NCBI RefSeq assembly: GCF_001194135.2
Contig: NC_068986.1
Coordinates: 616,521-680,520 of the forward strand
Length of the DNA stretch: 64,000 bases
Direction: 5' to 3'
DNA from: Octopus bimaculoides
Lineage: Eukaryota
Of this stretch, positions 49,273 to 62,258 are shown piece by piece. The notes under the pieces are model-generated. The model was not told the origin of the DNA, ran no database searches, and worked only from the letters and a program-made list of their open reading frames with translations. How positions within the stretch are numbered: position 1 is the first letter of the stretch; each line of letters starts with the position of its first letter. The position numbers were made by a program, and so were the translations under genes.

Positions 49273-49589
49273 ATGCGCACACGCACACACACACGGACAT
49301 GCATAAATATATGCACACATATATAGTGTCGTCTAAGACAGATAAGTGAGAAAGTGTGTGTGTGTGTAAGAGAGAGAGAATATATTAAATATGAATCACC
49401 ATGAATCCCTAATGATATTAATGATATTTACCTAACGCTAAAATGCCATTCCACCTTACATGGAAATAATACATTAAATCTGTAATTAATTGATACGTAA
49501 ACAGTATTATTGTTATTGATAACATACATTTATTGTACTAGAACGCCCATTGCTCTAGAAAGGCGGTAACACAAGCCAGAAAAGCTTAA

Positions 49590-49850
49590 AGTCGAAAGAC
49601 CCCTGTCGTCGAGAATTAAGTTCATAAAGCCGTCATATTTTGGACATAGGATGCATCACGTGCCATTGCCCAACCGAAAGTGCGAAGAGGAAGAGAACAA
49701 GAGGCCGTCAAAGACGTTTTTGGACTAACGACATCAGAGAATCGACCGGAAACAAGACCCTGGCTGACTGTAAGATGCAGCAGAACACTCGGGTGTGTTG
49801 TCCAGCTGACACTTGTACACAGGGAGGGCCACCAGTCCGACGATAATATC
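49590..49850 (+). mobile_element. RTE-type LINE 3' end remnant
   Basis: RIKFIKPSYFGH...KRTRGRQRRFWTNDIRESTG. Confidence 0.65.
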
Positions 49851-50639
49851 TAATGCATATATATAAATGCGAATTTCGTTTATTTTTATATTTGAATTCA
49901 ATAGATTTTTAAATTAGTGCCATTTCATTATTTTGTACAAATGTCATAACATCAAAGAAAAAACACATATATATGTGTGCGCGTGTGTGCGTGTGTGCAT
50001 GTGTGTGTATACACACGCGAGTGAGCGCGTGCACATACACACACACACACACACACATACAAATGGGTGGATTGATAAGAGTGTATGTGATAAACTCACT
50101 GAACCCGTTTGTCTTCAAAACGTCCTTGACCACCGGTACAAGACGAAAGCTACGTAACGTATTCGACAAAATTTAACGAAAGAGGGAAAATAGCAGATTA
50201 CAGATACAAAAATTCTCAAATAACGAAAATTACTAAAAAAAAACACAAAACAAAAAATTAAAAACTACTGAGTAAAGCGATGTCGAGTTATATTTAGATA
50301 TTTTGTAGTCGCCATTATTTTTGTTTTGTTTCTAGATTTAAGTCGTATTATTTATATATTTTACTGTTCTGTTTCCAACCTGCAAATACTGTATGTGATC
50401 TATTACTGTACAGTTATAGATTTCTCGTGGAGAACTATTCAATCTTTTTTTGAGATAAGTGAAACAAATAAAGCAACACTACATAAATGTTGTCACACTA
50501 ACCGTTTGACTCGACACTAAACATGTAGGCCGAAATCTGTATTTATTTGCGATTTTTTGTTTGTTTGTATTTTTAACTAAATTTTCTCAATATTCCGGAG
50601 ATATACTTGAAAGGTATACATGATCGAAGACAGTGGGTT

Positions 50640-50920
50640 GAAATTAGAACAATTATTCTGTTGAAGAGACATATTAGCCTTTCAAAAATACACAAAGACT
50701 GTTAACTTCATTTAACCATGTATGTTAAAATTTTCGTCACACCAACTGCGGCCGGATCACTGACGTACTTCCACCGCATCTGGAATCACGTCAGTGACCA
50801 GGTGGCAGTCGGTGCGACGAAAATTTTGACAACAGATAATAAATATTTAAATTAACAATCATTGGGTATTTTGGGGGATGGATAATATGTGTTTTCCATG
50901 GTCTATTTGCTAAACATCTT
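50640..50920. mobile_element. About 280-bp palindromic MITE-like element
   Basis: tgttaaaattttcgtcacaccaactgc...tcactgacgtacttcca / tggaatcacgtcagtga...gcagtcggtgcgacgaaaattttgaca, with weaker outer arms (aaaatacacaaagactgttaa / ttaacaatcattgggtatttt). Confidence 0.7.
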
Positions 50921-51410
50921 ACATATCTTACATCGTTTCTGTTTTGTATCGGTGTTTTTGTATACAGTTTGAAAACCGAACTATGAAAAACGTTTTGAGC
51001 ATACACACATACATACATTCATACATACATGCATACATACAAACAAACACACATACATACATGTGTGTGTATATATATACATACATATATATATATATAT
51101 GTATATATATATACATACATACCTATACGTGTGTATATATGTGCATGTATGTATGTGTGTATGTTTGTATGCATGCATGTATGTATTTATGTATGTACAC
51201 GCATACTTAAATAAGAACGTACATACAGATGAGCAAGAAACTTGCATACATTAACCTACTTTCCTATACACAATCGATTAATACGATAGACTCAGAGACA
51301 CATACACGCGAGCGCGTGACACATGCATGCACGCACGCATGCACACACGCCTATATCTATGGTGAGAGAGGAGACAGAGAGAAAAAAAGAGAAGGGGAGC
51401 GAAGATTCAG

Positions 51411-51411
<1 letters not shown>

Positions 51412-51474
<63 letters not shown>
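51412..51474. repeat. (GATA)n microsatellite
   Basis: Perfect GATA run. Confidence 0.95.
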
Positions 51475-52199
51475 GTGAAACCTCTGCATGATAAATACAT
51501 TTATAAATGAATAGCGTATTAGAAAGTACATTTTTATGTCTATAATATATTCTTGTTCACACTGATCAGTTATCGATCTTTGTCCATTTATAGGTCCATG
51601 TAATTCCTTCTTTTGAAGACGCTTGCATACATTGACCGTATTCCATTTACGAAAAAATAAAAGCGATCACTTTTTATTTATTTGGTGTGTTTTTGTTTTT
51701 TTAATTGATTCCATTCGATGAGATTTGTTAGTTTCCTTGTACATGTATGTATACAATGTTAATCAAGTTTGCAAATATTGACAAAAAACGACAAACAAAA
51801 CAGATTTAAAATGTGATAGTAGAAGAGTGATGGTGTGGTGGCGGGGATGGTGTGAAGGCTATAATGCATTCCGATATTTGTGTTTGTAGGATATATTAAT
51901 CAGTTCGTTCGAACAGGAACAAAAAAAATGTAAAATTGCACGCAAGGCGCTGCTCCAGTTGTAACTTGGTCATAATAACAAAAACAAACAAAAGAACCAA
52001 AGAACGTGTTGATTTTAGTGATGGCAATAATTATTAGTTTTCTAATATAGGCTCCTTATTTTATTGATCCTCCAGAAGGATGGAAAGTAATGCTGACCTC
52101 TGCTGGATTTGAACTCAAGACGTGAGAAAATTAATTATTCCCAATTAACAAAGAAACGATTTTTGTTTTTAGTTCAATCCCAGTTTATCTTTGGACAAT

Positions 52200-52505
52200 A
52201 TCATCCTTTTCTCTTTCTCGTCGATATTACAAAGGTTGCTGCTCTTTGGAACCAGCTGCCTCTAGTAACATCCCATTTTATGGTCCAATGGTAGAGTTTC
52301 TTAGTGGTCGCTTGTTCTGCTATATATAGTAACTAGATCTCCCTCAAAATCACACCCTACCATCTTTATAAAAGAAAATAATACGCTGGCTAACGTGTTC
52401 CTAGAGGCAATGTGGGAGTAAAACGGGATGGTCGTGGTTGGAATACCTATAAAGGCAGAACTACTCATTCAGAGCTGGCCCGGAACTAAACAACAATAAT
52501 AATAA
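52200..52505 (+). mobile_element. CR1-like extreme 3' end plus a repeated tail ending in (AAC/AAT)n
   Basis: KVAALWNQLP then atctccctcaaaatcacaccctacc...gggatggtc...ctaaacaacaat; the same tail recurs at about 15715-15870, 29640-29750 and 29900-30070. Confidence 0.5.
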
Positions 52506-55479
52506 TAATAACAACGTCATAATTTGCTGGAGAAAGAACACAATCAGTAATGATCAGCATTAACCGATCATTACTGAAACTCGACAATAAAATAAAACTA
52601 AAAGAAATCTTCTTTCTTCCAGATTGAAAGATAACTTCCAAACTGTTTTATATACTGAAGAAAATGCTGAACATTTCAGACGGCCATTGTCTAGAAGAAT
52701 AGTAGAGAACATAATTAATACTGATGATCTTGATTGAAAGTAATTATTCACTTTCGCATGTTTGCACCATAACAATTCATGCTAAAACTACTATTTAGTA
52801 TTATGCATCGTTCGGATTACACAGTGTAACAACGGTTTTATTTATTTATTCATTTATTTTAGTGTTTGGTCAGTAAGTGTTATTTCCTATTTGCTTCTAA
52901 CTAGAAATCAAAGGAAATGACTACTATTCCCTTCAGGTTTTGCTTTTGTGACCTGGACATCAATGTTTTGTAACTGACCTATTTTCCATTATTTTTCAGA
53001 CAGATTCAGCGCTGAGTTGCTGAAGCAGAAATATCGTTACAACAAATGTTCTGCTCAATACCACAGATTTCCTTGTCAGTTACTTGACTTTAATCACTTG
53101 ATCATGTTCCTCGGTGGGTGACAATATGTGCATCTCTCATGATGAACGGGAGTCGTGAGGTAAGGAACATCATAGCGATGTGTTGAGGGAGTTGATTTGA
53201 GGTTTGAATAAATGTAACAAAGCAAAGTTTGAAGGAAATATTAATCATTTTTCATACTTATTAGGGGTAAGCAAATAGGAAATAACAGTTGCTACCCAAG
53301 GACAAAAGTCGTGTTACACAGTGTTGTTTAATAAATAACGGTATGCTGTAATGAAGTAACGGGTTTGGTGAATCGCCAGCCATGTCTAGATATCATGATT
53401 TCTTTAGAATATTGCCCACGCGGCCAACAAAATCTGGCCAATCACGACTTCGGGTCAAATAGACTCCAGCAATGATCTTTTTTTTTTCTTTTGACGCACT
53501 TCCTTCTGACCCGAGGCAGAGATAACATTGACAGACACAGCAGCAGTTGACCAACAAAGACAGCGGACAACAGAAAAGCAATGAACTGTGAGAGGACGAA
53601 CGACGCTAGAAGTCAGTAGTCGGCAAGCAACTAACCACACTTAAACTGCTGCTATAACTACACCAAGAACAAAAACTACCGAGCAGTGTTTGTTCTGTTA
53701 TTTTATGTTTTGACTTCCAATCCTGTTATCTATACCACTTTTTTCACTTTTGTGTTTTGTTTTCTTCGAGAATCAATAAAATAAAGTACTAGTTAAGTAC
53801 TGGAATCGATGATATTGGCCAATACCTTCCTTAAAACTGCTGGGACGATTGTTGTTAAAAGTGGTAGACTTGGCAGAATCGTAAAAGAGGCGAAAAGCCC
53901 ATGCAGCATGCATTTCATCTCTTAAGTTTTTTAGCTCAAATTCTTCGGTGGAATTAGAAGTCAAAACGCATGTGTTTTATACTTCTGAAATCGATAAAAT
54001 AAAGCACTGGTCAACAATATTCCAGCTAATTTTTTACTGTTGGAGTACGCAGAAATTGTTTGCAAATTTTGTGTTTCGCTATGAAGTGTGTGCACATCTA
54101 TGCGCAGAACCATCACTCAAGTTTCTTCAATTAAAAAAATCCGATTTCATCTTGAAAACCTTGTGTGCGCACATTTTTCCCCTTCGTGCGCTACTTGTGA
54201 AATCTGTCCGTGAGCACAAGTACACAGCCTAAACAACACACTGCCAGCCATTTACTGGAGGCGATATAATCGATTGGTTTCTAACCTCCAAAAGTCTGAC
54301 CTGAGCCTTTTCATCATTTTTAAAATCATTCAAATAACAAGGGGTTTGGTAATCTGGTAGTGTTTTGCGGGTTAACAAGCGTTCTATTAAAATACGACAA
54401 TCCCATATTTCAGTACACTGTCCTATGCCCTGTATTAACTCGTAAACGCCGTATATTCCATTAATTTGTATTATATAACACAAAATCTTTACAAAGTGTG
54501 AAATCAGAAAATTAATATTCATTCAGATGAAAATAAAAATTTTATCTTAGAATTTCATTTTATTGAATCTATGTCTAAAAATTTTTCAATGCAATCAATG
54601 CTAACTAATCGAAATTACATGCTTATTACTTCAGAATAAATAAAGTTTTTCGTTTAAAAAAGAAAATTATAAAAAATATGTTCACATTTTTCTAATAATT
54701 TAAGCGCGATTTGAAATTTCTTTTAAAAGTTCTAAGATCCGGAAAGAACAAGAGAAATGTTTTTAATATTTTTAAGCTTTACCAGGACACTTCGCGATCT
54801 CCCCCTTTCCGTTTTTATATTTTGATTCCCAAAAGTTGGCAACCCTAATTGTTGTTTGTGAGAATAGAAAATGTTGATTGAAAATAATATTAACCCAAAT
54901 CACAGAAGGTTTCTCACATAAGTCGTGATTAGAACATTTGTGCTATGACTCTCTAAGTTCAAGGTTATTCAAGTTCTTGCGGTTATGCTGATGACCTAAG
55001 ACAGATATAGTCTCTTGCCTTCTAACCTGTATCTCGAGAAATTGTCCGACAGCCGAGTATGATATTTCTGATATAGCATGTTTGCAGTTAAAAATAAAGA
55101 TTAGTTACCAACATTGACCACCCAAAATTACTCACGTGAGCCCCATTACGTTGCTCTATTTAACGACTTTACGATAATTCATCATCGAGTCAAACCGAAA
55201 CTAATGTAGTGAATCAAGATATCATGATTATATTTCCACAAGAGATAGAGCGTCTAGCAGTCGCTTCCCCGTATATTTGAAGTGCTTTATTTCATATTTA
55301 GTGACACAAAAGTGTTGTTTACCATCATTAAAAGGTCAGCAAGCCGTACTAACATAGTAACCCAGGTATGTTACGATTACTATTTCCTGTCATTTAATCA
55401 ACTTATATATTTACGCTAAACTAATCCTTTCTAGAATATTTAGAATATACAGTGCCGGTCAACGATGTTCCAGCCGTGT

Positions 55480-56540
55480 CCATGCTATATTTTGTACATC
55501 AGAGATGGGGTTTCCTTCCCAGTCTACTTGAAAATGGTCTTTGATCTTTGATTCCTGTTTTCAAAATCTTTGATGAACGTTCTATTCTTCGTAACTACCG
55601 TCCAATCAGTCTCCTTCCTACAGTCTACAAGATCTTTTTTTTTTTTTTTTTAGTCTTTAATCGATTAGGTTCTTGTCGTGCACATAGATTCACACGATCT
55701 GTTTCAATACTTCGCACTCCATTACTGATCGGCTGTGATAAGCGAATGATTCTACCGTATTTTAGACAATTGCTGCCCGTAACATATCGAAAACATCTAA
55801 CAAGGTTTGGCATAATAGTCTCCTCCACAAGCTTTAAGTCATATGGAATTTATGAGTGGATCCTTGAGATTCTAGAATCTTTTCTGTATGAATGAAGTTG
55901 TTCTAAACGATCACCATTCTTCTACTTATTGCATCTCATTTGGTGTTTCTTAAGCTTTATTCTTGGTCCAATCTCGTTTTCAGTTTTTATTAACGATCTT
56001 CCGGATAGCATATCTAACCTTGCTGTCTTTGATAGTGGACTATTCTTTGTGACGAGAAAGAAGAGTCTGATTTGTCTCATTGTGTGAAAATGGTAGCTTT
56101 TCTTGAGCTTGGCCTGTATTCAATCGGGCGCTCATTAATAACTTTTAACTCGATAGAAACTTCTTTCTATTAATTGTTACAGGAATTCGGATGATATTCC
56201 TAGTTCTAGATGTGATACTGTTTTTCCTGAATCTTCTAGGTTCAACTTTTTTCTTAAGATCCTTCTTAAAATGGTTACATTAGATCTATTCCAAATCAAT
56301 GGCTATGTAGGTTGGGTCATTTTTTTATATCGAGTATATGTCATTATCTTTCCTCCGAATGAATTCTTCATCTTTACAAGACTCTTATTCGCTCTTGTAC
56401 TTATTATTACATCTAAACTAGCGCCCTGTTGGTATTTTCCATTCCTTGATCGAGTCCAAAAACGAGTTTCCAAGATTGTTGGTTCTATTTCTGACAGCTA
56501 AACTTCAGCCCTTTTCTTAAAGTTAAGACATCGTTTTCTA
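55480..56540 (+). mobile_element. CR1-type LINE reverse transcriptase remnant
   Basis: IPVFK...NYRPISLLPTVYKI...ISKT.NKVWHNSLLHKL.SYGI...ILESFL...LGP..F.VFINDLPD...LDRVQKRVSKIVG, with many frameshifts. Confidence 0.85.
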
Positions 56541-56639
56541 TTATTATTATTATTATTATTATTATTTCTGTTCTGAATATACAGTTATGATCCTTCTTCT
56601 GCATTCTCTTAGAATTATTTATCGGGGGATTTGTCTTTC

Positions 56640-56960
56640 TACTAATTCTTAGCCTTTGACTATTGTTGTTCCCCCTGGTAAAAAGCCTTTCTGCTCTAGT
56701 AGTTTCTTTTCCTCGAATACTTGTCACGGGGTTGATTTCACCTTTTACCCTTCGGGAGTCGATAAAATAAATACCAGTCAAGTGTTGGGATCAATTTACT
56801 TAACTGACCTTTCCCACAAAATTTGTCGCCTTATACCCGAGTTCAAATCCCGTGCGAGTCGACCCGGTCTTTCATCCTTCTGGCGTTGATAAAAATAAAA
56901 TAGCAGCCAAGAATTGGAGTTGATTTAATTAGCTTATCTCTTCTAACTTGGCTTAGTACT
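56640..56960 (+). mobile_element. Cluster of 2-3 Meta-domain SINE fragments
   Basis: Repeated cttttacccttcgggagtcgataaaataaatacc / tttcatccttctggcgttgataaaaataaa. Confidence 0.65.
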
Positions 56961-58759
56961 TAAGTACAAAACTATCAGAGAGTGCTAAATTAGCAGAATC
57001 GTCAGAACGTCGGACAAAAGACTTTGTTGTCTTTGTTCCTCAACTGGTCAAGGAATATTAGTGTATTTTCTGTTTTCGGGATCTAATTTTTTTTTTTTTT
57101 TTCAATGTTATAAATGTGTGATTGACTTGGGAGATCGTTAGATATTATTGATTTCTTTTAGAAAGGTACAATGACGACTTTTACAAAAATGCGCAATTGA
57201 TTTCATTGACCCAGCAACTGAATTGCAAAAAAAAAAAAAAAGTTGAGGAACATCTCTTTGCTTTTAGCGGCCAGAAGTCTGCGTAACTGTTGAAAATTTA
57301 ATTCATTCACTGCAATGAAATACTTCTCTGAACCATACCTACCATCGTCAGTCTTCTCAGAAGAACTTGGATCAAATCCAACAATCTCATATCGGAACAC
57401 ACCACTAAAACCTAGAGCGGTGGTTCTCAATTTTTCATAGCTCACCCTCTTCCTTTCACTGAATGGCACTAAAAAAAAAGGCAGATTAATCCAACAGAAG
57501 CAGAAGCAAATTTCACACACACCCGTTTATTATCCATATTTACCTATCCCTTCCTATCTAGCAGGTATTTATGTATCTCGTTTTGGATACTCGCAACAAC
57601 TACCGCAAAGAACAACATCAATAACAACAACAAATATACTACCCGATAGCATTTACTTGTTGACCGTACAATGTTTATTGCGTTGCTGCAGTCATAGTCT
57701 ATGGCGTTGTTATGGTAACGGTTTATGTCATTGCAGTGGTTGCAACTAATTAGTGCATCATCTGGCAATCGAGGACACCCCGACCTCGAAGACACACCCT
57801 AACTTTGACTTGAAAATTTTGATTTAAAAAAAAGGAAGGAAGATAAACATAAAACAAGATCCCCATTCTTTGCCTTACTTTACGGAAATGTTTTGTAATT
57901 GCCTCAGATATGTAATAGTATGAGACACTGAGGGGGTTGGGCGTTACGCTCAAGATCATAGGTCCTGTGTTCGATTCTCGGACTGAGTGACACGTCGTCC
58001 CTTTGAGTAAGGCACTTCATTTTATATTGCTTCGGTCCACCCAGCCAAAAATGAGTACGAGCAGCAGTTGGCGGGTGAAGAAAGGTTAACCCTTTCACAG
58101 ATTAGGGTGCCGTTGAGAGAAGTCTTGTACTTTTAGTCACTTAAGCGCCACGAAAGCCAGGATAAGGTCCGGACTAATGGAAGAGTTGGTTCGAAACAGA
58201 CCTGGCTACATACTGATCTTGTTTCAACCTGCGAGCTGTAGCCATATTGTGGCACCACCATCAAATGTTTGAAAATTAAATTCTGACATAAAGGGGACGT
58301 TTTTTACATGTTTTAAATTTAAACTGGCACGTGCAAAATCCACCGAGCCGTGGTTCATTTGGTACCGGGCCGTACAAATCATTTGATACAGACAGGGCCG
58401 CACTTTACTGTGTTTTGTTACGCGCGTGATCTCACAGTCTGTGGGAAAATTGTCTTGCATCGGTCCGAAGTACAAAAGAAATAAAAAAAACCCTTTGGAA
58501 ACCGCTGCTCTAGGATACAGTGTATATTTTCGAGGCTTATCTTAGGGGTGGAGATTGTGTCCTGAGCGCCTTGTGAAACTGGGATTACATTTTAATGTAA
58601 TTTTAACAGAAAATTTACGAGGCAAAAAAAAAAAAAAAAAAAAAAAAAAAACGAATAGATGCTATTGTTTCAGTCACTCATATTTAACCAGAAAAAGTTT
58701 CTTTATCTACATTTTGATTTTAATTTCTGTTGTTTTAGAGTATTTGAAAATGCCAAACA

Positions 58760-58915
58760 GAAGTGGCCATGTGGTACGAACCTTACTTCCCAATCACATG
58801 ATTCCGAGTTCAGTCCCACTGCGTAGCACCTTGGGTAAGTGTCTTCCACTATAGCCTCGAGCTGACCAAAGCCCTGCAAGTGGATTTGGTGGACAGAAAC
58901 TGAAAGTGCGTCGTA
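58760..58915 (+). mobile_element. Dominant SINE 5' half; a Helitron sits in its central microsatellite
   Basis: ttcagtcccactgcgtagcaccttgggtaagtgtctt...gtggatttggtggacagaaactgaaag. Confidence 0.8.
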
Positions 58916-58937
58916 CACACACACATATATATATATA

Positions 58938-60040
58938 CTAGAAGCTAAGCCCGGTTTCACCCGGTCAGAGAACGACGCGAAGAGAGAAACGAAGACATAA
59001 AAAAGAGGAAGAAGTGGATACGAAGTGGTGTTTGGACGACGGATCTTGGTAGAAAAAAAAAGAATGTCATGGTGAGTTAGTAAGGAGAGCAAAGCAAGAC
59101 TGGACTTACTTGGGCTGGCAGGACGATGAAANNNNNNNNNNNNNNNNNNNNNNNNNNNNNNNNNNNNNNNNNNNNNNNNNNNNNNNNNNNNNNNNNNNNN
59201 NNNNNNNNNNNNNNNNNNNNNNNNNNNNNNNNNNNNNNNNNNNNNNNNNNNNNNNNNNNNNNNNNNNNNNNNNNNNNNNNNNNNNNNNNNNNNNNNNNNN
59301 NNNNNNNNNNNNNNNNNNNNNNNNNNNNNNNNNNNNNNNNNNNNNNNNNNNNNNNNNNNNNNNNNNNNNNNNNNNNNNNNNNNNNNNNNNNNNNNNNNNN
59401 NNNNNNNNNNNNNNNNNNNNNNNNNNNNNNNNNNNNNNNNNNNNNNNNNNNNNNNNNNNNNNNNNNNNNNNNNNNNNNNNNNNNNNNNNNNNNNNNNNNN
59501 NNNNNNNNNNNNNNNNNNNNNNNNNNNNNNNNNNNNNNNNNNNNNNNNNNNNNNNNNNNNNNNNNNNNNNNNNNNNNNNNNNNNNNNNNNNNNNNNNNNN
59601 NNNNNNNNNNNNNNNNNNNNNNNNNNNNNNNNNNNNNNNNNNNNNNNNNNNNNNNNNNNNNNNNNNNNNNNNNNNNNNNNNNNNNNNNNNNNNNNNNNNN
59701 NNNNNNNNNNNNNNNNNNNNNNNNNNNNNNNNNNNNNNNNNNNNNNNNNNNNNNNNNNNNNNNNNCTATAACGATGGTTTTTATTTAGGCACATCGTAAA
59801 AGTAATTATAATGAATTGCTTAATATAAAGAAAAGTTTTTTTTTTCAAGCAAATACAGTTAGAATAAATATTTAGCACAAGGAGAAAGAGACAAAAATAA
59901 AATAACACGTCAAAATTTTTTTTTTCTAAAATCGTTCAATGACGTTAACTGGAGTGTGGGGTTCGAGTAGACGTCATTCCACCTTTTGATTTATCATTAC
60001 CATTCTTTTCGTTCGATTTTATTTTTCCTCCACTTTTTTT
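58938..60040 (-). mobile_element. Second copy of the non-autonomous Helitron, interior hidden by a gap
   Basis: 58938-59131 is nearly identical to 31789-31984, and 59766-60040 is nearly identical to 32588-32865. Confidence 0.8.
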
Positions 60041-61049
60041 TTTTTTTCTAAAAACGTTCAATGACGTTAACTGGAGGGCCGCTGTTCAATGCCTGAAACA
60101 AGTAACAGATTAAAGATGGTTTCAAATTAATAACAAGCTCCGAATTCATAACAACCACGCTAAATGAAACTTGGCTCTCATTAAAGAAGATGTGTTGAAG
60201 TTTGCTTTGAGTTTGCTGCTTCCGATCTGTCACGCCTTTCGATTCCTTATTTTCTGTACTAATTTCATTTATATGATAAAATACATTAACCAAATTTATT
60301 TATGTAATATATGCATTGAAATACAGAAAAAAGAAAGTAAGAAAGAAAAAAACAAACACCTTCCTTGACAACGGAAAATTCGCAGTAATGGCATCTCAAA
60401 TTTCCGATGCTTTGCCGTTATTTGGAAAGCTTCCTGCTGATATTTGCCGGAATGAAAATTGTGTGAATGAATGAAGGAAGAAAGGAAGAATACAAGGAAG
60501 CGATCAATTATTAAATAACAATAAAACCAGTTGGTTTGATCATCATCCTTAACTGCTAGAAAGACTTACACGGACCCAATTTCGCCCAGGGACAAAGTGC
60601 ATATTCATATGAGTTCGTATATTTATATCTAAGCCATTTTCTTTTAGTGCTACTTCAGTAATTGCAGTCTTATACAGGTGTTATTGAGTTACGAAGATTT
60701 TGTAGAAGTCTGTGATATTTGATCGCTTTAAGAAACGACAGCACAAACACACACACACAGTCACGCACACACGCTGCACACACTCACGCATACACACACA
60801 CACATGTACATACACATGTACACACAATCTCTCGCGCGCTCGCTCACTTTCGTGTACAGCTGATTGAGGTGTCGTATGGAAATTAGGAAAAATTGTGCTG
60901 TGTATTGTATTCTGTCGTAAAAACGTTCGCACTTACATTCCCACGAAAAGTTCAGCCTTCACCATGTGTGTGTGTGTGTGTGTAAGGGAGCGTATGTTTG
61001 TATATGTGTATATGTATGTATATGTATATTTATATTTATGTAGACAGAC

Positions 61050-61061
61050 AGATAGAGATAG

Positions 61062-61124
<63 letters not shown>

Positions 61125-61140
61125 TAGATAGATAGATCTA
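61050..61140. repeat. Compound (GATA)n(GA)n(GATA)n microsatellite
   Basis: Directly visible. Confidence 0.9.
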
Positions 61141-61878
61141 CATACATGCACATTTATATTTCATATACATAATAAACACAGTATATGTATATCCAATACA
61201 TACAATAAACACATATGTATATATACATACATATATGCATTCATATGTGTGTGTGTATTTATGTATGTATACACACACCGGCACACACACACACACGCGC
61301 CAATTCTTCTCATAGCACACGCACGAGCACTGCATGGTACAGAACCAGCTGTGGTAGGCTTGGATGAAGTGATTAACAACTGCAGAGACAGAATAGAAAC
61401 AGTCAATAAGAAAGAGTTATTTCGATCGCATGATAACTACATACAGCGCTGGACAGCTTTAATTGAAAGAACTGCTAATAATAAATAATAAAGACCATGC
61501 GTATATTCCGCCAACAGCAGAGGTGACTATCATTATTTTGTCCTTGTATGCGAGATGGGAAATCTCTTAACATGTCTATGATGCATTAATTAGAATGTAG
61601 ATTCTGCATGTGTGTGTGTGTGTCTATGTACATATGTATGTACATGGGTGTGTGTGTATGCACATGGATGTGCATGTGTGTGTGTGTATATATATATATA
61701 TTATAGAAAACAGTTTGAATCGGTTCTATGCGACTTAAAGTTTCCCGGGCTTCTAACAGAAATCCATTTCTTTCAGGCTTTAGATTACCGACTTTAAGTT
61801 GCATGGAGCTGTTTTAAATAATACATGTAACTCGTACTAAATGTGTTGAATACCCTTTTCTTTTGTTTGCTCATTCAT

Positions 61879-61916
<38 letters not shown>

Positions 61917-61966
61917 GTGTGNNNNNNNNNNNNNNNNNNNNNNNNNNNNNNNNNNNNNNNNNNNNN

Positions 61967-62009
<43 letters not shown>

Positions 62010-62224
62010 TCAGTTGCATACACATTGTTTTTTTATTATATTCTAGTATCAAAGGCCATAAATTTCATCTAAGCATATCGCTTCGAGTAAAGACCATGGT
62101 CAAGATTCTCTAAGATCGAACTGCAATATGGTTTTCTCGTACGGAACCGCAGTATCTTGCCTTTCGTTTAATTCAATACTGCTTCATTTGCCTTCGCCGA
62201 GTGTGTGCGTGTGCGTGTGTAGAT

Positions 62225-62256
<32 letters not shown>

Positions 62257-62258
62257 CG

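Noticed and set aside
52985-53165. Apparent exon (tttttcag|ACAG...GAG|GTAAGG)
   Set aside because: The block looks like an interspersed repeat that I recall from octopus sequence, and no frame gives a recognisable peptide. Not verified by search.
25690-61797. ORFs rich in HT/CV/YI/LS/MY dipeptides, which could be read as His- or Cys-rich metal-binding proteins
   Set aside because: These are translations of (CA)n, (TA)n, (GA)n and (TATG)n microsatellites.
1787-62113. Long ORFs in the supplied track that contain X runs (e.g. 5040-6047, 45477-46556, 47187-48278, 58703-59908)
   Set aside because: They are open only because N gaps contain no stop codons.
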